A DNA stretch of 64,000 bases from the human T2T-CHM13v2.0 reference genome, Homo sapiens: NCBI RefSeq assembly GCF_009914755.1, contig NC_060928.1. One strand, given 5' to 3'. Below the pieces are notes generated by a model. The model saw only the letters and a list, made by a program, of their open reading frames with translations, was not told the origin of the DNA and did no database searches. A program made the position numbers and the translations under genes. Positions 1-12,779 of the stretch are shown in pieces. Numbering within the stretch: position 1 is the first letter of the stretch; every line of letters starts with the position of its first letter.

Positions 1-527
1 CGCTTTGGCCCCAACCCATGTTTTTACCACATTTTACTTTGCACATTTTCACAGCATTGTAACATGAAAATGAGGTTCTGCCCTTGTCTTGAGTTCCTGT
101 TGGAAGGGGATGTTTTGCCTCCGCAAAGTTTTAGCCTCCTGGTGAGTGCTGGCTGGATCCAGGCTTGGTGTAGGGTGGTGAAAGAGCACTGGATAGGGGG
201 TTAGATGACTAAGCCTGCTGTGTGACTTCCAGCTGGTTGCTTAACCTCTCTGGGCTGCACTTTCTTCCTCCATGATAGGAGAGGGCTGGATTGGGTTAGG
301 GATGGCACAGTCAATGCCTCTAGGTGCCAGCAAGGTGATGTCCATGTGTGATGGCCCTGTGTAAAACACCCTCGACCTCCATGGGGTCAAGCCAGGGCTT
401 GTGGCCTCCCATTCTTGTCCACATCCCGACATAAAAACTTAGGCATTTTTTTTCTTTTTTCCTGTAGAACCTCACAAGAATATTTTGGAAACAAGACAAA
501 GAGGGAGGATGCTGTTGGCTGTAGCTC

Positions 528-741
528 AGAGCTTCTCAACACAGGGCTGATTTGGGCCCTGATTTGGCCATGTCTGGGGCGTTTTTGGCTGTCATGACTG
601 GGCCATCATCTGGTGATGCTGCTGACATCCTGTGGGTGGAGGCCGGGTCTGTGGCTAAACACCCCACAGTGCAAAGCCCCACCACCGACAAAGGACTAGG
701 TGGCCCCAGACGCCCCCAGTGCCCAAGGCTGAGAGCCCTGC
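528..741 (+). mobile_element. MER20-like hAT element
   Basis: cagagcttctcaac...tttggccatgtctggggcgtttttggctgtcatgactgg...gctgagagccctg. Confidence 0.7.
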
Positions 742-1735
742 AGCAGGGCGGGGTTGGGTTGGATTTGGGAGTGGAGACTGGCTGGCCTGGGTGGGTCCCT
801 GCCACTGGCTTGACACCCTGTGATGCAAAGCAGTGCCCGTGGAGCCTTGGATCGCTGGCTGTCAGCCACATGAGTCAGCAGGGCCCGAGCACAGCCTCCA
901 TGCTCTCTGGCTGTGATGGGCCTACAGACTGACCTTTGTCAAGGGCTGGAGAACCTCGGACGGCTGCCACCAAGCCCCAGGCAGAGCCTAAAGATTTGTC
1001 AGGGTTGGGGGTGGGGGACCAAAGATGCTGGTTAAGTGTTGAGGAGTGAGGAAGCCACAGTGACTAAGCCGCGCCTGGGCGCCGCGGGCTGATCCTAATG
1101 AAGCCTAGCCAGTCTCTCCTCCACAGTTTTGACACAGTTAGAAAAACTTTCTCTTGTTTAACTGGAAACAGCCACCCACACTCACCCTTTCACATACCAG
1201 TTGCCTTCTTGCAGATCATAGGAAATAAACTGACCTTTTAAAAAATCACAAGTGAAATATAAGGAAACAGAGTGAGCGGAGGCGTTTAGGGGTCTTGAAT
1301 TCGGCCCACTGGGCAGGAGTGAGCAGGAGTGAGATATGTGAGGCTGTGTGAGTCCATCCTGCCTCCACTCTCTGTGCTCCCGTCTGTGGAGTGGGGCAGT
1401 GGACACGGGCTCCTCAAGCCTGCTGGCTCTCTCGGTTTAGGTGTCTCCTGACGGGAGTGGGAATCCGGGCAGGGGCGGGTGGCTGCTTCTCAGGGCCTTC
1501 TCACGGCTCCCTTCTCGGGACATTTCATTCACAGATTTGTGAATCTGCAGTTTTGGGAGGATGACTAAAGGTCACTTTGTCCAACCTCAAATGCAGATAT
1601 GCCCTCTACTTTCTTCCCAAGAGGTAACATTGTCTCTCCTTGGTGGCTCCTGGGATGAGGGGCTTACTCCTATGCCCAGGCCAGCCAATTTCATTCCTGG
1701 ACACCCCTGGACAGCTCTCGCTTCCGTGCGTGCTG

Positions 1736-2044
1736 TTTTTTTTTTCCTTTTTTCTTTTTTTTTTTTTTTTGAGACAGACTCCAGCCTCGCTCTGTCGCCC
1801 AGGCTGGAGTGCAGTGGTGCCATCACCACTCACTGCAACCTCGTCCTGCAGACTCAAGCGATCCTCCCACCTCAGCTGGGATTACAGGCATGTGTTACCA
1901 CACCTGACTAATTTTTGTATTTTTAGTAGAGACAGAGTTTTGCCATGCTGCCCAAGCTGGTCTTGAACTCCTGGACGCAAGAGATCCTCCTGCCTCAGCC
2001 TCCCAAAGTGCTAGGGTTATGAGTGTGTGCCACTGTGCCTGGCC
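1736..2044 (-). mobile_element. AluJ-type
   Basis: Poly(T) then diverged Alu antisense. Confidence 0.85.
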
Positions 2045-2061
2045 TCCATGCGTGCTCTTAA

Positions 2062-2468
<407 letters not shown>

Positions 2469-3112
2469 AGCTCTTGGGTATTTTATCTGTTCCAAGTCTT
2501 CCTAGTTTTAGGGTGAGCACCCCGAGATTCTTCATCTGACGCTCCTAGTGGCTATTTGGGTGTGTGTTTGGGGGTCCCTCCTCTTGGCACACACATCAGT
2601 GTTCACTCTGGGTTGGACTGCACGCTGGGACAGGTGCCGTGAGCTGTATCCAGGGGGCATCACCTCCCATATTCTGGCCGCTCTACTCCTATTGATGTGG
2701 TCCAGTACCATCCAAAGCATTTACAACAATATTAGCAAGGCCCTGTTAATTATTTTTAAGTGGGAATAAAACAGGTTTTCTAGGTCTTGAATCATATTTG
2801 TGGCTAACAATCCAAAAAACCATGGGGAAATGCCAGAAGAAAAAAGTGATTTAGGGACACAGGAGGTAGATTCCATTCCACTCATCCAGGTCATGGCCAT
2901 ATAAGATCCAGGAATCATGCCTGTCACTCCCCTGCCCTTCTACTGATTGTTCTGGTCCATAGGCTTCCCATCCCCCACCTGCCACCTCCTCTTCAGCCCT
3001 CCTGCTGCTGTCCCCACAGCCCATGGGCTCTCACCTGGACTAGTGCAGCAGCCTCCTGGGGGGCTCCCTGGATCCTCCAGCCTCCACACAGCAACCAGAG
3101 CAACCTTTCTAG

Positions 3113-3503
<391 letters not shown>

Positions 3504-3944
3504 CACCCAAGCTTTTCAATGCAGAGCTTGCTTTTAATGCGAAGTCGTGTGCCAAGTGACCACCTGTCTTCCTCCTCCTTTTCTCTCCTGGGTCCCTGGA
3601 CTCCCACACCCTTGGTCCCAGCCACCCTGGTGACCCTGCTCCCTTTCTATGCACCTTTCTGTGACTTCTACACTTGCTGCTTCCTGGCTTGGACATCGCC
3701 TCACCCGGGAAAACTCCTATTTATTTCCAATCCCAGTTTCTATGTCCTCCTGCCCGTCCCCACCCCCCAAGAGCCTTGCTGAGGTTAGGAAACTATAAGA
3801 AAGGGATTTCTGTGCCCCACAGCAGTGAGGACACCCACCCTTGGTCATTTCATATTCGATGTTAGCTCAGAGAAACAATACTAGGAGATAACATTTGCCA
3901 ACACCCCCCCCCCAAGATTCACTCGCTGATACTAATCCAAACTT

Positions 3945-4500
3945 GTTCACTCACGTGTTTGTTTAATTAACAAATATTTATCGAGCACCTGCAATGAGTT
4001 ATGTACTATAATAGATGCTAGGGCACAGTCAGGGATGAAACAGACAGAAGTCCTTGTCTCCATGGAGCTGACATTCTGGTTGGGGGAGGCAGCCATTAGG
4101 TGAAATGAATAAGTAAACTGTAGACTGTAATAGCAACAGGTGTGGCGGAGAAGAATGAAGTGGAGATGGAGTTGTCAGGTGAGAGCTGCAATTTGAAATT
4201 GAAATTCCAGGGAGGATACACAGAGGGAAAACCTGAAGTTGAGGACGTCAGGTGAGCTGCTACCTGGGGGCAGGGAGCTCCCGGGGAAGGCTTGTACGTT
4301 CCAGGACAGGCATCTGGGCGCTGTGTGGCTGCATTGTGGTGGGCTGGGGAGAGGTAGGTCCTGAGACCTGAGAGGTGACAGCCCAAAATCCTGTAGGATC
4401 CCAGAGGCCATAGCTGGGACTCAGCTTTTCCTCCAGGTGGGCTGGAAAGCACTGGAGGGTGGTGGACAGAGGATGGCGTGGTCGGATTGCAGCGGGATTC
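3945..4500 (-). mobile_element. L2 fragment
   Basis: L2 3'-end motifs (aacaaatatttatcgagcacct...ccttgtctccatggagctgacattctggt). Confidence 0.65.
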
Positions 4501-6166
4501 CGTGCGTCCCCTGGCTGCCCTGTGCAGAAGGAAAGGTGCAGCGCAAGGCGGGAGCCGGGAGAACAGGGAGAGAGGCTGGAGGCTTGGTCCAGGCTGGGGG
4601 CAGTGGGAACAGCGAGCAGGCGCTGGATCTGGGACATAGTCATGGTGCTCAGCTGCTGCAAGGAAGTCATTTTATTTTTAGCCCAGTTATAACGATGAAT
4701 GAAGTAGGGATGCAGAAAGGTTAAGGTCACTTTGCTAAAAGGCGCTATGTGTGGCGCCCACCCAACCCATGCACCTATCCCTCTCCAGGAGTGAGTCTCC
4801 CATGGGCAGGCATGTGCCCCTCACTGGGCACACTGGGTCCTGACACGCAGTGGGAACTCAGCGCTGTTAAATGTGGATTTCACTGAGCCCCACAGGCAGC
4901 CCTTTAGGACCTCGGCCCAAGGTCATTCTGGCCAAAGGCCGCTAGAGGGCAGCGGTGCTTTTCCCTCTGCATGAAGTTTGGGACAACGTCCGCAGTCAGC
5001 CTCGTCTGGTCCCAGGTCACCACTGAGGGCCTTGCAACTTAAGGGACAGGAACACGATCGGTGAGCACCACCAACCCCAACCCCTTGCCCAAGCCAGGGG
5101 AAAGGACCCAGGAGGGAGGCTGGACAGGGCCGTGGAGAACCACAGCATGATCCCCTCCTGGGTCCCCTACTTACACCTGGGAAAGCAGGCAGAGAAGGAG
5201 GAAGGGGTTTGCCTAGGTTACCCCGGGGACTCGCTGCTAGACCCACACCAGCCCTTCTCCCAGGCGACCTTTCCTGTGACCCCAGGGACTTCCGTCAGCA
5301 CAGCTGACCCTGGAAGGCTGTGGGGTTGGGTGTGCTGGGTGCACCAGGTTAGATCAGTGTCCTGAGAACGTCCCTCTGGGTGGAGGAGAGGTGGGTGCAG
5401 GGGCCCCGAACAGTCGGAGAGGAACCTGGCTGAAGCAGCCTGCTGGCAGGTCCTGGCCTACGTTTTATGCCCAGACTGGAGGGCAATAATTGTGAAAGGC
5501 AAACAATGTTAAGTTTCTCAGCTTCAGTTATTGGTGGCATTAACGAGCATAGATCGATTTTTAAGAATCTACATACCACTGCAACTTGACCTTGGAGAAT
5601 CGTTAATCACTTTAGAAATGCACATAGAGAGGTCACACTGATGCTTTGTGTAAAAAATCCCCGCCTAAATAGTTGCTAGCAGAGAACCTCATTTGCAAGC
5701 GTAAATCTGTTTATAATTAATCACGTTTGGCAAGGCTCCCCCTCCACAGCCTGGCTGGCTTCGGGGCCTCTGGCTTTTGCTGTCGATGCTCATGCTCGAT
5801 GTATCCAGGCCAAGCTTTCACTCTTCCCCTGAGCTATACCACATTTTCTCTGACCCTTTTCCTGAGAGGCAATGCCTGTCCAGGCCCTGCTCAGGCTCAA
5901 TCTGTCTGCCGCCAGCCTTGCCTCCCTGCTTCCCGGGGGCACCCTCCTGAGGACAGTTGCTACCATCGGTGGTGAACCATTGGTGTGTGCCAGCCTCTTC
6001 TCCAAATGTTCTCCACGAAATAACTTACATGGCTCTTCACGCAACTCTATTCAGTAGGTATTATTATGAACCCCATTTTACAGATGTGGAAACTGAAGCC
6101 AAGAGATGCTTCGAGGAGTCAGCGTCAGGATTTAAACCCAGACTTCTGGTTCAATTTAAACCCAGT

Positions 6167-9100
6167 TTTGTCCTAATGCTCTCCCTCCCCTTGCTCTCCA
6201 CCCACTGACAGGCCCCAGGCCCCGGTGTGTGATGTTCCCCTCCCTGTGTCCATGTGTTCTCATTGTTCAACTCCCACTTATGAGTGAGAACATGTGGTGT
6301 TCGGTTTTCTGTTCCAGTGTTAGTTTGCTGAGGATGATGGCTTCCAGCTTCATCCATGTCCCTGCAAAGGACATGATCTCATTCTTTTTTATGTCTGCCT
6401 AGTATTTCATGGTGTATATGTGCCACATTTTCTTTATCCAGTCTATTATTGATGGGCATTTGGGTTGGTTCCAAGTCTTCGCTATTGAAAATAGTACTGC
6501 AATAAACATACGTGTGCATGTGTCTTTATAGTAGAATGATTTATAATCCTTTGGGTATATATCAAGTAATGGGATTGCCGGGCCAAATGGTATTTCTGGT
6601 TCTAGATCCTTGAGGAACCACCACACTGTCTTCCACAATGGTTGAACTAGTTTACACTCCCACAAGCAGTGTAAAAGTGTTCCTATTTCTCCACAGCCTC
6701 AACAGCATTTATTGTTTCCTGACTTTTTAATAATCGCCATTCTGACTGGCTTGAGATGGTATCTCATTGTGGTTTTGATTTGCATTTCTCAGTGATGATG
6801 AGCTTTTCTTCACATTTTTCTTGGTCACATAAATGTCTTCTTTTGAGAAGTGCCTGCTCATATCCTTTGCCCACATTTTGAATTTTTTTTTTCTTGTGAA
6901 TTTGTTTAAGTTCCTTGTAGACTCTGGATATTAGACCTTTGTCAGATGGGTAGATTGCAAACTTTTTCTCCCATTCTGCAGGTTGCCTCTTCACTATGAT
7001 GCTAGTTTCTGTTGCTGTCCAGAAGCTCTTTAGTTTAATTAGATCCCATTTGTCAATTTTGGCTTTTGTTGCAATTGCTTTTGGTGTTTTAGTCATGAAG
7101 TCTTTGCCGATGTCTATGTCCTGAATGGTATTGCCTAGGTTTTCTTCAAGGCTTTTATGATTTTTAGTTTTACATTTAAGTCCTTAACCCATCTCAAGTT
7201 AATTTTTGTATAGGGTGTAAGGAAGGTGTCCAGTTTCAGTTTTCTGCATATGGCTAGCCAGTTTTCCCAGCACCATTTATTAAATAGGGACTCCTTTCCC
7301 CATTGCTTGTTTTAGTCAGGTTTGTTGAAGATCAGATGCTTGTAGGTGTGAGGTGTTATTTCTGAGGTATCTATTCTGTTTCATTTGTCTATATGACTGT
7401 TTTGGTACCAATACCATGCTACTTTGGTTACTGTAGCCTTGTAGTATAGTTTGAAGTCAGGTAGTGTGATGCCTCCAGCTTTGTTCTTTTTGCTTAGGAT
7501 TGTCTTGGCTATATGGGCTCTTTTTGGGTTCCATATGAAATTTAAAGTAGGTTTTTCTAATTCTGTGAAGAAAGTCGATAGCTTGATGGGAATAGCATTG
7601 AATCTATAAGTTACTTTGGGCAGTATGGCCATTTTCATGATATTGATTCTTCCTATCCACAAGCATGGAATTTTTTTTCCATTTGTTTGTGTCCTCTCAT
7701 TTCCTTGAGCAGTGGTTTGTAGTTTTCCTTGAAGAGGTCCTTCACATTCCTTGTAAGTTGTATTCCTAGATATTTTATTCTCTTTGTAGCAATTGTGAAT
7801 GGGAGTTCACTCATGATTTGGCTCTCTGTTTGTCTATTATTGGTATATAGGAATGCTTGTGATTTTTGCACATTGATTTTGTATCCTGAGACTTTGCCGA
7901 AGTTGCTTATCAGCTTAAGCCGTTTTGGGGCAGAGACAATGGGGTTTTCTAAATACAGAATCATGCCATCTGCAAACAGAAACGATTTGACTTCCCCTCT
8001 TCCTATTTGAATACCCTTTATTTCTTTCTCTTGCCTGATTGCCCTGGCCAGAACTTCCAATACTATGTTGAATAGGAGTGGCGAGAGAAGGCATCCTTAC
8101 GCCAGTTTTCAAAGGGAATGCTTCCAGCTTTGGCCTATTCAGTATGATATTGGCTATGGGTTTGTCATAAATAGCTCTTATTATTTTGAGATATGCTCCA
8201 TCAATGCCTAGTATATTGAGAGTTTTTAAAATGAAGGAATGTTGAATTTTATCGAAGGCCTTTTCTGCATCTGCTGAGATAATCATGTGGTTTTTGTCAT
8301 TGGTTCTGTTTATCTGATGGATTACATTTATTGATTTGCATATGTTGAACCAGCCTTGCATCCCAGGGATGAAGCCAACTTGATTGTAGTGGATAAGCTT
8401 TTTGATGTACTGCTGGATTTGGTTTGCCAGTATTTTATTGAGGATTTTTGCATCAATTTTCATCGGGGATATTGGCCTGAAGTTTTCTTTTTTTGTTGTG
8501 TCTCTCCCCAGTTTTGGTATCAGGATGATGCTGGCCTCATAAAATGAGTTAGGGAGGAGTCCCTCTTTTTCAATTGTTTGGAATAGTTTCAGAAGGAATG
8601 GTACCAGCTCCTCTTTGTACCTCTGGTAGAATTTGGCTGTGAATCCGTCTGGTTCTGGGCTTTTTTGTGTTGGTAGGCTATTAATTACTACCTCAGTTTC
8701 AGAACTTGTTATTGGTCTATTCATGGATTCAACTTCTCCTGGTTTAGTCTTGGGAGGGTGTATGTATCCAGAAATTTATCCATTTCTTCTATATTTTCTA
8801 GTTTATCTGCATAGAGGTGTTTATAGAATTCTCTGGTGGTAGTTTGTATTTCTGTGGGATCAGTGGTGATATCCCCTTTATCATTTTTATTGTGTCTATA
8901 TCATTCTTCTCTCTCTATTTCTTTATTAGTCTAGCTACCAGTCTATTTTGTTAATTAAAAAAGAACAGTTCCTGGATTCATTGATTTTTTGAAGGGTTTT
9001 TTGTGTCTCTATCTCCTCCAGTTCTGCTCTGATCTTAGTTATTTCTTGTCTTCTGCTAGCTTTTGAATTTGTTTGCTCTTGCTTCTCTAGTTATTTTAAT

Positions 9101-11807
9101 TGTGATGTTAGGGTGTCGATTTCAGATCTTTCCAGTTTTCTGACATGGGCATTAATTCTATAAATTTCCCTCTTAACACTGTGTTAGCTGTGTCCCAGAG
9201 ATTCTGGTACATTGTCTCTTTGTTCTCATTGGTTTCAAAGAACTTATTCATTTCTGCCTTAATTCCATTACTTACCCAAGTGTAATTCAGGAGCAGGCTG
9301 TTCAATTTCCATGTAGTTGTGCAGTTTTGAGTGAGTTTCTTAATCCTGAGTTCTAATGTGATTGCACTGTGATCTGAGAAACTGTTTGTTATGATTTTCA
9401 TTCTTTTGCATTTGTTGAGGAGTGTTACTTCCAAGTATGTGGTCAATTTAGAATAAGTACTACATGGTGCTGAGAATGTATATGCTGTTGATTTAGGGTG
9501 CAAAATTCTGGAGATGTCTATTAGGTCCACTTGATCCAGAGCTGAGTTCGAGTCCTGAATATCCTTGTTAATTTTTTGTCTCATTGATGTGTCTAATGTT
9601 GACAGTGGGTGTTAAAGTCTCCCACTATTATTGTGTAAGAGCCTAAGTCTCTTTGTAGGTTTCAAAGAACTTGTTTTATGAATCTATGTGCTCCTGTATT
9701 TGGTGCATGTATATTTAGGATAGTTAGCTGTTCTCTTGTTGCATTGATCCCTTTACCATTATGTAATGCCCTTCTTTGTCATTTTCGATCTTTGTTGGTT
9801 TAAAGCCTCTTTTATCAGAGACTAGGATTGCAACTCCTGCTCTTTTTGCTTCCCATTTGCTTGGTAAATATTCCCCCATTCCTTTATTTTGAGCCTATGT
9901 GTGTCTTTGCGTGTGTGATAGGTCTCCCGAATACAGCACACCCATGAGTCTTGACTCTTTATTCAATTTGCCAGTCTGTGCCTTGTAATTGGGGCATTTA
10001 TCCCATTGACATTTAAGGTTAATATTGTTACGTGTGAATTTGATCCTGTCATCATGATGCTAGCTGGTTATTTTGCACATTAGTTGATGCAGTTTCTTCA
10101 CAGTGTCGTTGGTCTTTATATTTTGATGTGTTTTTGCAGTGGCTGGTACTGGTCTTTCCTTTCCACATTTAGTAGTTCCTTCAGGATCTCTTGCAAGGCA
10201 GGGCTGGTGGTGACAAAATGCATCAGCATTTGCTTGTCTGTAAAGGATTTTATTTTTCCTTTGCTTATGAAGCTTAGTTTGGCTGGATAGGAAATTCTGG
10301 GTTGAAAACTCTTTAAGAATGTTGAATATTGGCCCCCATTCTCTTCTGGCTTGTAGGGTTTCTTCATAGAGATCCACTGTTAGTCTGATGAGCTTCCCTT
10401 TGTAGGTGACCTGACCTTTCTCTCTGGCTGCCCTTAACATTTTTGCCTTCATTTCAACCTTGGAGAATCTGATGAGTATGTGTCTTGGGGTTGATCCTCT
10501 CATGGATTATGTTAGTAGTGTTCTCTGTATTTCCTGAATTTGAATGTTGGCCTGCTTTGCTAGGTTGGGGGTGTTCTCCTGGATAATATCCTGAAGTGTG
10601 TTTTCCAACTTGGGTCCATTCTTCCCATCACTGTTAGGTACACCAGTCAATCGTAGGTTTGGTCTTTTCACACAGTCCCATATTTCTTGGAGGCTTTGCT
10701 TGTTCCTGTTCATTCTCTTTTTCTCTAATCTTGTCTTCATGCCTTATTTCAGCAAGGTGGTCTTCAATCTCTGATATCCTTTCTTCTGCTTGATTGATTC
10801 AGCTATTGATACTTGTGTATGCTTCAAGAAGCTCTCATGCTGTGTTTTCTTGGCTCCATCAGGTCATCTGGTTATTCTAGTTAGCAGTTCCTGTAACATT
10901 TTATCAAGGTTCTTAGCTCCTTTGCATTGGGTTAGAACATGCTCCTTTAGCTCAGAGGAGTTCATTATTACCCACCTTCTGAAGTCTACTTCTGTCAATT
11001 CATCAATCTCATTCTCTGTCCAGTTTTGCGCCCTTGCTGGAGAGAAGTTGCGATCATTTGAAGGAGAAGAGGCATTCTGGCTTTTGGAATTTTCAGCCTT
11101 TTTGCACTGGTTTTTCCTCATCATGGATTTATCTACCTTTGATCTTGGAGGCTGATGACCTTTGGATGGGGTTTTTATGTGTGAATCTTTTTTGTTAATG
11201 TTGTCGTTGCTGCTTTCTTTTGTTAGTTTTTCTTCTAATGGTCAGGCCCCTCTTCTGCAGGTCTGCTGCAGTTTGCTGGAGGTCCACTCCAGACCCTGTT
11301 CACCTGGATATCACCAATGGCAGCTGCAAAACCACAAAGATTGCTGCCTGCTCCTTCCTCTGGAAGCTTCGTCCCAGAGGGGCACCAGCCTGATGCCAGC
11401 TGGAGCTCTCCTATATGAGGTGTCTGTCAACCCCTGCTGGGAGGTCTCTCCAAGTTAGGAGGCACGGGGGTCAGGGACCCACTTGAGAGGCAGGAGGCAA
11501 TCTGACCTTAGCAGAGCTGGGGCGCTGCGCTGGGAGAATCCCCGTTGGCAGGATCAGCTGCTCTCTTCAGAGCCAGCAGGCAGGAAGATTAAGTCCGCTG
11601 AAGCTGGGTCTGCAGCTGCCCATCCCCTCAGGTGCTCTGTCCCAGGGAGATGGGGGTTTTATCTATAAGCCCCTGACTGGGGCTGCTGCCTTTCTTTCAG
11701 AGATGCCCTGCCCAGTGAGGAAGAATCTAAAGAAGCAGTCTGGCCACAGCCGCTTTGTCATGCTGGGGTGAATTCCACCCAGTCCAAACCTCCCAGTCTC
11801 CTTAGCA
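6167..11807 (-). mobile_element. Near full-length, inactive L1PA (about L1PA7/8 age), truncated at both ends
   Basis: ORF-track fragments match ORF1p (MMRKNQCKKAENSK..., TPRHILIRFSKVEMK...) and ORF2p EN/RT/C-terminal regions (MNRPITSSE..., [24 protein letters not shown]); many frameshifts; partial 5' UTR; no poly(A). Confidence 0.95.
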
Positions 11808-12455
11808 AGGAGTGCATCTTCTTAAGTCTGGATATTGTCTTGTGCCTGGCACTAAGCCATGTGATAGCCCTCAGGCTGGCTCACATAGCCACACCATCCA
11901 TCTACTATGCCCTTCCTGCCCCTCTTTTATTTGTCTGGCAATTCAGGGTGTCCTCTTCTGTCCTCCCCTCCAGGAAGTCTTCCTGCATCAGGCCCTTTGT
12001 TGGTAACTGGGGAGTTCTGTGCTCATGGTTCATCCAACCAAGGAAGACTGCTTTCCACACTGCTCTCTACAGAACAGCTGCGTCCTTTCGCCAGGTCCAC
12101 CGCAGGCCTTTGCTCCACTTTGTGAGGCCTGACGTGTGCCCACTTTTTGATACCACTGTCTCCTATGTGATACCACTGCACAGTCAATGGGTTTGTCCTA
12201 TTTTTTGTTTTTGTTTTTGTTTTTTGTTTTTTGACCAAGAAGCAGCCAGTAGGTTGGAAGACTTCAGGGTCAAAACAATCCTCACTCCATGCAGCTGGAG
12301 GCCTCCTGTGGAACCCCATGAAGTATCCCCAGCTCTCCTCTGCCTGCTGCCCCAGCCACCCACCCACCTAGGGGTGGTAGCAGTTAACCATCTCACTCCC
12401 AAAACACAGGACACAAGAGAACTTTGTAAAACAATCTTTGAAAACATGGAGGCAG

Positions 12456-12779
<324 letters not shown>

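Noticed and set aside
6399-11124. Reverse transcriptase/endonuclease-like ORFs as a novel system
   Set aside because: Frameshifted fragments of ordinary L1 ORF1/ORF2; the catalytic FADD reads FADG.
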